Origin: a virus
Taxonomy: Duplodnaviria; Caudoviricetes
IMG/VR virus record: IMGVR_UViG_3300033273_000548
Coordinates: 1-54,863 of that record
Strand: one strand, 5' to 3'
Length of the DNA: 54,863 nucleotides
Both the position numbers and the translations under genes were made by a program. Below the pieces are notes generated by a model that saw only the letters and a list, made by a program, of their open reading frames with translations, had not been told where the DNA came from and searched no databases. Positions 32,937 to 42,182 of the stretch are shown here, piece after piece. Position 1 is the stretch's first letter; the number at the start of each line of letters is the position of its first letter.

Positions 32937-34526
32937 TCAAACTAACAATTGTCCTGTTTTTTCAAACCAGAGATAATCTAAAGAAGATTCTTTCAATGTA
33001 TTAATTGCATCCATGGGAGTCTCCACTAAAGGATCTCCAGACAAATTAAAACTAGTATTCAAAAGTATTCCATGTCCAGATAACTTTTTGAATTCTTGTA
33101 AAAGTTCATATAAGTATCCATCAGATACGGTTTGGATTCTACAAGTGTTATCTACATGGGTTACTCCTGGAATTATTTTAACATATTCTTCTTTTACTGG
33201 AAAGCATATTGTCATGAAAGGACTTGACTTTATTCTACCCATATCAAAGTAAATATTCGCATCTTCCTCCAGAACTATGCAAGCAAATGGTCTATACCAT
33301 TCTCTCTTCTTTATTCTATTGACAATCTCTCTGGCGTTTGGATTCAATGCATTGAATAGTATAGATCGATTACCTAATGCTCTTTGTCCAGATTCAGCGA
33401 GACCACTATAAACTGCAACCGATTTATTTTGATTCAATAAATTAGCGATTTGGTTCAGAGAGGTATGAGTACCAACGTATGAAGATACATCATGATTTGT
33501 ACCGTGAATAAATGTATTTTCAATGGGATTTGGCACTTTACCTGTTAATTGAATATAAGAATTCATTGCTGCACCGATACTTATACCATTATCGTTACAC
33601 AACGGTTCAAAATAAAATTCTACATCTGGGAACCTTTGCAGATAATAGTGATTTGCTACAATATTCATACCGTAACCACCAGATATGCAGACTTTTTTAA
33701 TTCCAGTCTTCTTTATAGAATCCTCTATTAAATCTCCTACAGATTCTTGTGTTTGTTGTTGAACTTCATAACAAAAGTCTGCGTGTAGTTTGTAATTATC
33801 ATTTCTTATTTCTTCAATCTGAGTAGTCAGAAAGTTTTGAATTTCTTTTGAAGAATTATGAAAAAAGTTATTGTTGAGAATATTCTTGAATACTTTATTT
33901 GAAGATCCATAGGAAGACAATCCCATTGCCTTTCCACAATCATTTTCGTTACCACCCATCACTATAGCAGCAACATTGTATATGGATCCTATACCAAATA
34001 CATTTATATTGTGATCATGAGTAATCCATCTGTTCAGAATTTTTTCTGGAGCATATTCTGATGGAATATCACTTATATAATTTTTATAGAGAAGTTTGTT
34101 TGTTTCTCCTTTAAAGGAAAAAATACTTTCAACTTCCCACAGATTATCTTTTACGTTTGATCCAGCTCCATCTACTACTACGACTAAACTTTCATCAAAC
34201 TTACTATTATAAAAAGAAAGAGAAGCATGATTTAAATGATGGTCTTGTTGTAAAACCAACTGTACATTTGGATTGTGTACTTTACAGACCTCATCAGAAA
34301 GTATTGAAATTAATTCATCTGGGTGGTTGAAGTTTGATATGCAGATTACATCCAGTTTTTTATTTAATTTGGAAGAAATACCAGAGATTAATTTCAATAA
34401 AAATTGATCATCATCGTCATGCTTTTTTCTTGTATATCTTTCTACTAAAAAATATTTTTCTAATTTTCCATCATTGAGAATGCAAACCGAAGAATCATGT
34501 CCTAAATGAACACTGAGGATTAACAT
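32937..34526 (-). CDS. Carbamoyltransferase (NodU/CmcH family)
   Basis: GHDSS, HHLNHA, GKAMGLSSYG, RALGNRSIL, KKREWYRPFA, HVDNTCRIQTV, LLNTSFN. Confidence 0.93.
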   Translation of the reverse strand: MLILSVHLGHDSSVCILNDGKLEKYFLVERYTRKKHDDDDQFLLKLISGISSKLNKKLDVICISNFNHPDELISILSDEVCKVHNPNVQLVLQQDHHLNHASLSFYNSKFDESLVVVVDGAGSNVKDNLWEVESIFSFKGETNKLLYKNYISDIPSEYAPEKILNRWITHDHNINVFGIGSIYNVAAIVMGGNENDCGKAMGLSSYGSSNKVFKNILNNNFFHNSSKEIQNFLTTQIEEIRNDNYKLHADFCYEVQQQTQESVGDLIEDSIKKTGIKKVCISGGYGMNIVANHYYLQRFPDVEFYFEPLCNDNGISIGAAMNSYIQLTGKVPNPIENTFIHGTNHDVSSYVGTHTSLNQIANLLNQNKSVAVYSGLAESGQRALGNRSILFNALNPNAREIVNRIKKREWYRPFACIVLEEDANIYFDMGRIKSSPFMTICFPVKEEYVKIIPGVTHVDNTCRIQTVSDGYLYELLQEFKKLSGHGILLNTSFNLSGDPLVETPMDAINTLKESSLDYLWFEKTGQLLV

Positions 34527-34753
34527 TACTCGTCGTCAAACATTGGACCAAATTTACCACTACTACCAGGTTTTCTCTCTTCCAACATATCAAAGATTCC
34601 GTCAAAAGATTGGATATGATCAATTTCTTTAATTAAGTTTGCAATTTGACTGCAAACTAATGGGCGTTCTCCCCTTGCAGCAAAAGCAAGTGCATTACGC
34701 AATGAAGACTCAGCTTCCTTTAGAGAGTCTTCGACAGTTTTAGATAGAGCCAT
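34526..34753 (-). CDS. Hypothetical protein
   Basis: MALSKTVEDSLKEAESSLRNALAFAAR. Confidence 0.7.
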   Translation of the reverse strand: MALSKTVEDSLKEAESSLRNALAFAARGERPLVCSQIANLIKEIDHIQSFDGIFDMLEERKPGSSGKFGPMFDDE

Positions 34754-34934
34754 TTAAACGATCCTCACATTTACGATAAAAAGTCCCATTAACGTAACAG
34801 GACTTACCAGGTTCGTAGTATTTTACCACATTAGATTTAGGTGGGTCAACTACACAAAAATCTCCCTGACCAGTAGTAAATCCTTCAAGACATAATGCTG
34901 TTACAAAGGGAGCAAGAAGTTTAACGGTATACAT
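34740..34934 (-). CDS. Hypothetical protein
   Basis: Overlapping operon ORF. Confidence 0.55.
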   Translation of the reverse strand: MYTVKLLAPFVTALCLEGFTTGQGDFCVVDPPKSNVVKYYEPGKSCYVNGTFYRKCEDRLNGSI

Positions 34935-35103
34935 TCTCTGTATCTAGGTAAGAAGATCCATATGCATACGGTTGAAGAGTATCAAGAATCTCATTTAATT
35001 CTCGATACAAGGTACGACAAGTAGGATTGCCAATCATACCCTTTTGATATTTTCTTACAGCAGTAAAAATTAGTTTGAGTTGGTGTGAATCAAATTTTTC
35101 CAT
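34921..35103 (-). CDS. Hypothetical protein
   Basis: Overlapping operon ORF. Confidence 0.55.
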   Translation of the reverse strand: MEKFDSHQLKLIFTAVRKYQKGMIGNPTCRTLYRELNEILDTLQPYAYGSSYLDTENVYR

Positions 35104-35741
35104 TATACCTTTCTCATTTCATAACTACCATCTTTACGATCAACCCACACCACACTATCACCTTCTTTTAGGTCTGCAGCTTTCAGAAGATCGTCGGGGA
35201 AGGTGATATAGTAATCACGCACTCCATCAATAATAGATTCTTCTACAGGAAGAGTCCAAGATTTCTTCTCTTCTTTTTGTACTACAATCTTTTCGGTACT
35301 TCCAGGTTTCCTCTTTGTGACTGTTTTGCCACCATCGGGAGATTCATAAACCCAACCCCCTTCATATTTCAGTCTGGTGGGATCATTTCTAGAAAATTCT
35401 TCTACGATTGCTTCATAATGTTCTTTTGTCCAACCATCATTTTCTTCATCAGATTTAGCTTTATCGCACATGGCATCCAGTTCTTCTTCAGTATAGTTGT
35501 GAGATTCTTCTGGATAGTAATTTTCTTCCCAGAAATCACTCCAATTATATTTGCAATCAATAAGATCCTTGAGCTTTTTGTTTTTATCTAGATAATTTTG
35601 ATGATACTCGATGTTGGAGCTAATTGCATCCTTTACAACATCGTAAATTTCCTGTGCAGTGATATCATCACAGTTGATAGAATCGTGTACCCATTCTTCG
35701 AGTTTTTGAAGGGAATACTTTTTATAATCAGAAGAGTCCAT
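35103..35741 (-). CDS. Hypothetical protein with C-terminal AbrB/MazE-like domain
   Basis: YYITFPDDLLKAADLKEGDSVVW. Confidence 0.6.
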   Translation of the reverse strand: MDSSDYKKYSLQKLEEWVHDSINCDDITAQEIYDVVKDAISSNIEYHQNYLDKNKKLKDLIDCKYNWSDFWEENYYPEESHNYTEEELDAMCDKAKSDEENDGWTKEHYEAIVEEFSRNDPTRLKYEGGWVYESPDGGKTVTKRKPGSTEKIVVQKEEKKSWTLPVEESIIDGVRDYYITFPDDLLKAADLKEGDSVVWVDRKDGSYEMRKV

Positions 35742-35907
35742 GGTCTTCGGTTATCAAGGCTTCTATACTAGTACGTATTTGTTCGTCTGTCAACCCATTC
35801 ATCCAATTCCATCTTTCATCAGTGGGATCCCACTCAAATGCAAAAGATCCATCGGGATTTTGAATGATATTCAGACCAGATTCATCTAATAACTTCCTAT
35901 TAGTCAT
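35728..35907 (-). CDS. Small hypothetical protein (59 aa, ..QNPDGSFAFEWDPTDERWNW..)
   Basis: Read manually; fills the intergenic gap. Confidence 0.55.
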   Translation of the reverse strand: MTNRKLLDESGLNIIQNPDGSFAFEWDPTDERWNWMNGLTDEQIRTSIEALITEDHGLF

Positions 35908-35940
35908 TGTTGTTTTTCGTTAACTACTTTTTGGGGCAAA

Positions 35941-36828
35941 TTATTTAGATTCCCATTTTTTGTGAATTTCTTCACTTCCTAGGAATTTGTATAAATCATC
36001 CAATCTTACCTTAAGAGTCATTTTATCATCATTTGGTTTACCATACATGAAAAAGTCTTCCAATGAAAAATTGTGATGATGTTTTGTCCACCATTGTGTG
36101 ATTAATTTAGTACATATCATGTCCAATGGCGACATCTCATGATTATTCTGTTGATTGTCTCCACCAAGACGAACGTTTAAATTGAAAAGAGGAAGAGAAT
36201 ATGTGATTCCAATATCGAATAATACATCATCTTGTATAATGTGTTTTTTACTGTATTTTCTATGATAAGAGTTATCGCAAAATGTCAATCTATACTTACC
36301 ATCTCGATATAACATATCTTTTAACTTTTTTGCATATCTACGATTGATTAGATATGCAGCTGCAGATCCAGAGTCTATTCTGGGATGCAGAAACATCGGA
36401 ACTTCTAACTGATCTTTCTCATATGGGGTAACATAATATAGTTGTATACATTCCCAGTTTTCTGGCAGATTATTTTCAACGTAATCCCAATCAAAATTCC
36501 AATATTTTATATTATCCAAACAAAGGTCATCCTCCATGAGGATACATGTTTCTGATGGATGTTCATCATACCAATTTATTACTGTTTCGATATTGTTTAT
36601 TGCAACCGACATCAAAGACAAACATTCAAGGATTCCGTCTTCAACTACCACATCTTTCCACTCATCATACTTTGAAACATGATATTTTGATGCAGGAACT
36701 CGACGAAAATTGGTTATGCCCCAATAATTAAATTGATCTTCCATCCACTTTTTTCGATCAGTACGATGATCTAGGTTTATGTAATAAACCAAAGGAAAAT
36801 TTTTTAACTTATTTTCCAGATCCATCAT
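35941..36828 (-). CDS. Glycosyltransferase family 25-like, paralog 1
   Basis: YYINLDHRTDR, LMEDD, WECIQL, AAAYLINRRYAKKL. Confidence 0.8.
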   Translation of the reverse strand: MMDLENKLKNFPLVYYINLDHRTDRKKWMEDQFNYWGITNFRRVPASKYHVSKYDEWKDVVVEDGILECLSLMSVAINNIETVINWYDEHPSETCILMEDDLCLDNIKYWNFDWDYVENNLPENWECIQLYYVTPYEKDQLEVPMFLHPRIDSGSAAAYLINRRYAKKLKDMLYRDGKYRLTFCDNSYHRKYSKKHIIQDDVLFDIGITYSLPLFNLNVRLGGDNQQNNHEMSPLDMICTKLITQWWTKHHHNFSLEDFFMYGKPNDDKMTLKVRLDDLYKFLGSEEIHKKWESK

Positions 36829-37787
36829 TCCCTCTCAAGATCTAAAGTAACACAATGGAAAATACCACTCAAGGTTCTGCCATGTCTCATCGGGAGCATT
36901 GCACACTCAATACCGTGTTTTTCCAGTTCTTTCCTAGTTGGTTCCTGATGTTCCTCCAAAGCAACTAAATTTGGGTTGACACTGAAAAGATTCATATTCA
37001 CCCATTCCGAGGCATGGTTGTATCCAGGATAGTATCCAATATCTACAGGTTCTGGACACCAAATCACATCCCAGTTTCTAAAAGGTTCTGGTAAAACATC
37101 AACAGACTTAATTCTTTCGGGATTCAACAACATCAAACCCTCACGGAGAAATGCAATCGTCGTATCTATGTGCATATAACTGTATACACCCTTAAGAAGG
37201 TGTACTTTTGCACGATCTTTGAGCATATCTTGAAGTAAACATGCTCCAGACACGTTTCCACTATTAGAAACAAGATACAAAATATCATCATTCGCACGAA
37301 GCACGTTAGCTGCATCAAAAGCAGGAGTAACTTCAGTAAGTGCAAGAGTGTCCTTATCGCCCACACACTCCTCATTATACAGTCCCTCAACGTCCTTACA
37401 GGGAACAATAATCGTAGAGTCTAGTCTATCTATAATCGGTCGCCAGGCGTCTCTCCGACACCTTAGAGGCATCGGTGTAGCTACTGTTAAATCCTTATGT
37501 GTGAAAATAACGTCTCTTGGACAGAAATTATAATAATCAGTGGGAGTTCTCTTTGGGCGTACAACTTCTACATTTTCTCCGAGAAGAAAACTTACGAATT
37601 TTTCTAAATCTTCATTGGCTTCGTCTATTACTTGTTTGGGATATGGTCCAACAGGAACATCTGAAACGTCTTTCCTGTCGGCATAGTTAATTGTACGAAC
37701 ACTCAAGTCTACTTCAGGAACTGTTGCATAGTCTGCAACTCCCACCACTACTTTCTTCAGTTTATCCCATTCATTCTGACTTTTCAT
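36825..37787 (-). CDS. Amidinotransferase (StrB1/glycine amidinotransferase family)
   Basis: NEWDKLK.V.VG, CPRD, FDAAN, HIDTT, GIFHCVTLD carrying the Asp-His-Cys catalytic residues. Confidence 0.9.
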   Translation of the reverse strand: MKSQNEWDKLKKVVVGVADYATVPEVDLSVRTINYADRKDVSDVPVGPYPKQVIDEANEDLEKFVSFLLGENVEVVRPKRTPTDYYNFCPRDVIFTHKDLTVATPMPLRCRRDAWRPIIDRLDSTIIVPCKDVEGLYNEECVGDKDTLALTEVTPAFDAANVLRANDDILYLVSNSGNVSGACLLQDMLKDRAKVHLLKGVYSYMHIDTTIAFLREGLMLLNPERIKSVDVLPEPFRNWDVIWCPEPVDIGYYPGYNHASEWVNMNLFSVNPNLVALEEHQEPTRKELEKHGIECAMLPMRHGRTLSGIFHCVTLDLERE

Positions 37788-38284
37788 CGTATAATACCAG
37801 TTACCTGAATTGCATATCTATCAACCATACTAAAATTATAAAATGCATGTTCATCATCATAATTCCAATAAAAACAATCCCCAGCTTTCCATTTACAATG
37901 TGCAGTATCTTTGATTTGCAATATTTGACCTGGAGAATTATCTTCTAACATTACCATACATCTTATGACTTTTTTAGAATCGACATTATTCAACTCTACA
38001 TACTTTCCGTACAAGTCAGTATGAAGAGGTAAATATTGTCCGGGTTTAAAGTAATTAACTGCTGCAGCAACTTTATCAAAATCCGAAAAATGAGGAATAA
38101 TATAATTTTCCACGCAATTTGGCATGGGATTAGGCATCTGGTACTTATAAATTGATAATTTCTGTTTATTATGACCAGAACTCAAATATTGATTTACTAA
38201 GGATTCATCCTTATGAGTTGAGTACACATAATTAAGTCCTTTAAACTCCCTAACGTCCCAGTTTGGTTTTATATGGGTAATCAT
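37784..38284 (-). CDS. Cupin/2OG-Fe(II)-type hydroxylase
   Basis: PGQYLPLHTD (HxD)..W..EHAFYN..R...Q.TG; start trimmed to ATGA overlap at 38284. Confidence 0.7.
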   Translation of the reverse strand: MITHIKPNWDVREFKGLNYVYSTHKDESLVNQYLSSGHNKQKLSIYKYQMPNPMPNCVENYIIPHFSDFDKVAAAVNYFKPGQYLPLHTDLYGKYVELNNVDSKKVIRCMVMLEDNSPGQILQIKDTAHCKWKAGDCFYWNYDDEHAFYNFSMVDRYAIQVTGIIR

Positions 38285-38868
38285 TTGAACAACGACATCT
38301 CCTTTAAATTTGGGTAATTCCTGGCCGTCCATTTTTTGGCCGGAGATTTTTTCCGACATTTTAGTAATTCAATACCGGTTTTCGCCAGCTCAGGCGTCAT
38401 GTAGTAATGGTAACCAATACTAGTTATGTCTTGTTCAGCCCATGGACGAGTAAGATCACGACCATCGTAAGACATTTTCTTTAACGCATCACGATCATCC
38501 CTATCTTCCAAGAGGATCATACCTCCACGACCAAGATTCAAATGTTTTTTGAACTGAAAACTCAAACAAGTAAACGAACCTCGTTCATAAACACCCTCTC
38601 CCCACAATACAGCACCATCAATGATGTTTGAATTATGAATACGATATGAATCTTCCCATTCTTCATCACGCCAGGACCAATCTAAACCTAACTTCATAAA
38701 GGTCATTGGTATAGAAACGTAAGTTCTTGATGGTATGGAAATGTTATTATCACCAGTATGTCGTAGACACAACTCAATTGCATGGGTACAACAGTCCGTA
38801 GCAACTGCATATGGAGAACCGAAGAACTCTGCAACCTGTGATTCAAATTCAGTAACGTACTCAAACAT
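38281..38868 (-). CDS. Short DegT/DnrJ-family PLP aminotransferase
   Basis: FE..VAEFFGSPYAVATDCCTHAI, IDGA, CLSFQFKKHL..GRGGMIL, GYHYYM. Confidence 0.82.
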   Translation of the reverse strand: MFEYVTEFESQVAEFFGSPYAVATDCCTHAIELCLRHTGDNNISIPSRTYVSIPMTFMKLGLDWSWRDEEWEDSYRIHNSNIIDGAVLWGEGVYERGSFTCLSFQFKKHLNLGRGGMILLEDRDDRDALKKMSYDGRDLTRPWAEQDITSIGYHYYMTPELAKTGIELLKCRKKSPAKKWTARNYPNLKEMSLFK

Positions 38869-39747
38869 TCAGGAACCTTCCGTGGATTTATCTGGACCAA
38901 CAAAAAATTGAGATGTCCTATTCATTAAGAATTTATCATTTAGTTTACCATAAACAAAAAATTCTTCAAGAGTATACTCGTCTCTCAATTCAGTCCACCA
39001 TTTTTGACAACACTTATATGAAAATTGTAAGTCAAGCCTTTCCTCTTTTCTATTGATGTTTTGTGCATAACTACCCATATCCTGATTGATTGAAATCAGA
39101 GGCAAGCAATAGGTCTTTCCATTGTGTCCAAGAAAATAATCAACAGTAAGATTTGGACCTCTTGTTTCTGTAGGGGATGCCAAGTAGTTACAAATTCTTT
39201 GAGAGAGGTCAAACCTACCCTCTTTACAATGCAGGGACACTATCTTCTCAGCATATCTTCTATTAATTAATGATGCACCAGTACTGTGACCAGACAGTAT
39301 TGGATGCAGAAAACAAGGATAGACGTATGGATTTTCATAACTAATTTGAATACAGTCCCAATCATATGGGATTCTATTCATCAAATATTCCCAGTCAAAA
39401 TGCCAATATTCTATGAAACTAAGATCATAGTCATCTTCCATGAGTAGAAGATACTTTTCACTGGTTGTTTCTAACCAATTCTTTATGATCGTTAAGTAAG
39501 AAATAGCAATACTAATATCGGTAATGTGACCATCCCTTGTCTTACAGTCATCAAATGGATTAACAATTACCAAGTCTTTCCATTCTTCATATGTGGAAAG
39601 TTGATACTTAGAACCAGAACACTTAGTATAGTCTTTGATTCCCCAGTAATCGTATTGAGTTTCAGTATACTCTACTTTATCTGGACGTTCATCTAGAGTT
39701 AGTAGTCTAATGGGAGGGAATCCTTTTAATTTATCTTTTAAATTCAT
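38869..39747 (-). CDS. Glycosyltransferase family 25-like, paralog 2
   Basis: LMEDDYD, IPYDWDCIQ, ASLINRRYAEK. Confidence 0.78.
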   Translation of the reverse strand: MNLKDKLKGFPPIRLLTLDERPDKVEYTETQYDYWGIKDYTKCSGSKYQLSTYEEWKDLVIVNPFDDCKTRDGHITDISIAISYLTIIKNWLETTSEKYLLLMEDDYDLSFIEYWHFDWEYLMNRIPYDWDCIQISYENPYVYPCFLHPILSGHSTGASLINRRYAEKIVSLHCKEGRFDLSQRICNYLASPTETRGPNLTVDYFLGHNGKTYCLPLISINQDMGSYAQNINRKEERLDLQFSYKCCQKWWTELRDEYTLEEFFVYGKLNDKFLMNRTSQFFVGPDKSTEGS

Positions 39748-40592
39748 TCGAAATCCCTCGGTGTTATTATTTTATCATTTGGTTTTCCATAAGTAAAGAA
39801 TTCTTCCAACGTATACTGATCTCTAAGTTCTTCCCACCATTTCTTATATGCTTTATAAGAAAACTCCAGATCTTTTCTTTCTTTTTGTCTATCAATATTC
39901 TGAGCCCAACTTCCTAGATTCTGATTAACAGAAATCAAAGGTAAACAATAGGTCTTTCCATTGTGACCAAGAAAATAATCTGTAGTGAAATTGGGCATCT
40001 TCAATCCAGCATAAGACCATTTATAATTGGAATGTTGTTGAGAAAGATCAAACTTACCGTCCTTATAGTGCAAGTCTATAATCTTTTCTGCATATCTCCT
40101 ATTAATTAGTGATGCACCTGTATCATGTCCAGATAGAATTGGATGAAGAAAACAAGGAACCATCTTCTCATTTTCAAAACTCATTTGAATACAGTCCCAA
40201 TCATAAGGAATGTTATTCATGAGATATTCCCAATCGAAGTGCCAATGTTCGATAAAACTTAGATCATAATCATCCTCCATGATGATTACATAAGGATCAC
40301 TACTTGTCTCCAACCAGTTCTTGATGTTTACCAGGTGAGCAACAGTTATAGAAAGTTCTGCAATGTGCCAGTTCTTTCTCTTGTATCCTTCAGGAAAAGG
40401 ATTCAAGACAACTAGATCTTTCCAATAATCTTCATAAGTTGAGAGTTGATACTTGGATCCAGAAACTACAGTGTAGTCTTTGATTCCCCAGTAATCATAT
40501 TGAGTCTCCGCATACTCTCTCTTGTCTGGTCTTTCATCAATAGTTGCCAGAATAATTGGAGGAAGTCCTTTGAGTTTATCTTTTAGATTCAT
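39744..40592 (-). CDS. Glycosyltransferase family 25-like, paralog 3
   Basis: IMEDDYD, IPYDWDCIQ, ASLINRRYAEK; very close to paralog 2. Confidence 0.78.
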   Translation of the reverse strand: MNLKDKLKGLPPIILATIDERPDKREYAETQYDYWGIKDYTVVSGSKYQLSTYEDYWKDLVVLNPFPEGYKRKNWHIAELSITVAHLVNIKNWLETSSDPYVIIMEDDYDLSFIEHWHFDWEYLMNNIPYDWDCIQMSFENEKMVPCFLHPILSGHDTGASLINRRYAEKIIDLHYKDGKFDLSQQHSNYKWSYAGLKMPNFTTDYFLGHNGKTYCLPLISVNQNLGSWAQNIDRQKERKDLEFSYKAYKKWWEELRDQYTLEEFFTYGKPNDKIITPRDFE

Positions 40593-41391
40593 GATTAACT
40601 TTCAATATCAATTGTTTTCTTTTGGGCGAATTCAAATAAAAGATATCATCCAAGGTGTATTGTGATGATTTAGTTTTCCACCAAGAGAGAACTAATTTAT
40701 CACAGGTCTTAGACATAACATTTACATTTCCATTTCTAAGACCATCACTTATAAAATTATAGTTAGTAGTAAAAACTGGTATGGAATAAGTGACTCCTAT
40801 CTGGTATAGAACAAAATCTACAGACTGGTAGTGATAGTCTGGCCAATTTTTATTGTATCCATAGTTGGAATATAATTTAAATTTACCATTCTCGCAGTGA
40901 AGTTTAATCAATTTCTCTGCGTAAGATCTATTGATCAACACACATCCTGTAGAATGATTATTGTGTGTCCACTTGGAAAGATTCATCTTAATGAAGTTCT
41001 CACCAATAATATGTAACTGAACGCACTCCCAATTACAAGGCAAACTATCGAGTAAAGTTTTCCAGTCAAAGTTCCAATACTCAACAGTATCAAAACATAA
41101 ATCGTCCTCAACTATCAGACAAGTCTCGGACTCATTAGAATTATACCAATCAATTATACCATGAATCCTATCTATCAGTGTAGCAAGAAACCACACTTCT
41201 GTACGAAGTTTATCTGTTATGACTTTTGGATTCCATTCTTCGTAGTTCTCTACAGAATATCTCGAAGAGTTGACTCTATGATAGTTAGTTATTCCATAGT
41301 CGGAGAACTGTTTCTCTATGTGTTCTCTCCGATCTATTCTGTGATCTAGATTGAAATAATATACTGGCGGAAGACCATCTAACTTGGTCAT
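40576..41391 (-). CDS. Glycosyltransferase family 25-like, paralog 4
   Basis: YYFNLDHRIDRR, IVEDD, LPCNWECVQL, LINRSYAEKL. Confidence 0.78.
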   Translation of the reverse strand: MTKLDGLPPVYYFNLDHRIDRREHIEKQFSDYGITNYHRVNSSRYSVENYEEWNPKVITDKLRTEVWFLATLIDRIHGIIDWYNSNESETCLIVEDDLCFDTVEYWNFDWKTLLDSLPCNWECVQLHIIGENFIKMNLSKWTHNNHSTGCVLINRSYAEKLIKLHCENGKFKLYSNYGYNKNWPDYHYQSVDFVLYQIGVTYSIPVFTTNYNFISDGLRNGNVNVMSKTCDKLVLSWWKTKSSQYTLDDIFYLNSPKRKQLILKVNHESKR

Positions 41392-42182
41392 ATTCTCACA
41401 AATTCTACCATTTCACCATCATTTATCTTCCCATAAGAGAAAAAATCATCTAAAGAAAAATTATCTCTCTTATTTTGCCACCAATTATAGTAAATATCTC
41501 TACAGAGGAAATGATGTTTCTTCGGAACTTTATCCAGATAAGGATTCTGAGTTATCAACGGTATTTGATATGTTTTGCCAAGAAATGGAATAAAAGTATC
41601 TAGAGAAACAACCCTATAGTTATGGCTAAAATTACTATTTCCATACTTACGAATCAACAGGTACTTTTCTTTGACATAATGCAATTTAATTAATTTCTGA
41701 GCAAAATGTCTATTAATTAACATTGGCCCATAAAAACTTTCCTGATCTTTTGGATGCAAGAAAAATTTAATATATCTAGTAGATTCAAATCCAAGTTGAA
41801 TGCAGTCCCAATCATAAGGAATGGTCTTCATTAGATATTCCCAATCAAAATGCCAATAATCTATCAAATTTAAATCATAGTCATCTTCAAAAAGGATCAA
41901 ATATTTTTCATCAGTAGTATCTAACCAATATTTGATCATCTCTAAAGTAGAGAGAGTAATGGAAGCCGTTAATTTATGTGATCTCTTTCTAATAAGTTGT
42001 GGAAAATGCAAAATGTCTTTCCAACTATCATAGTCATCGACTAGGTACTTTGATGCAGAGAATCTCGTCACATTTGTGAGATTCCACTTATCAAATTGTT
42101 TTTCCATGTATCTTCTTCTATCTTTTTCTGAGTCTAGATTTAGATAGTAAATAGTTGGAATTCCTTTGAGTTTATCAGACAT
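41388..42182 (-). CDS. Glycosyltransferase family 25-like, paralog 5
   Basis: YYLNLDSEKDRR, LFEDD, IPYDWDCIQL, LINRHFAQKL. Confidence 0.78.
   Translation of the reverse strand: MSDKLKGIPTIYYLNLDSEKDRRRYMEKQFDKWNLTNVTRFSASKYLVDDYDSWKDILHFPQLIRKRSHKLTASITLSTLEMIKYWLDTTDEKYLILFEDDYDLNLIDYWHFDWEYLMKTIPYDWDCIQLGFESTRYIKFFLHPKDQESFYGPMLINRHFAQKLIKLHYVKEKYLLIRKYGNSNFSHNYRVVSLDTFIPFLGKTYQIPLITQNPYLDKVPKKHHFLCRDIYYNWWQNKRDNFSLDDFFSYGKINDGEMVEFVRI

Noticed and set aside
35765-35793. TTGACA-17-TAGTAT promoter-like match
   Set aside because: It lies inside a plausible 59-aa ORF. It could be real, but cannot be distinguished from chance, so it is not listed as a feature.
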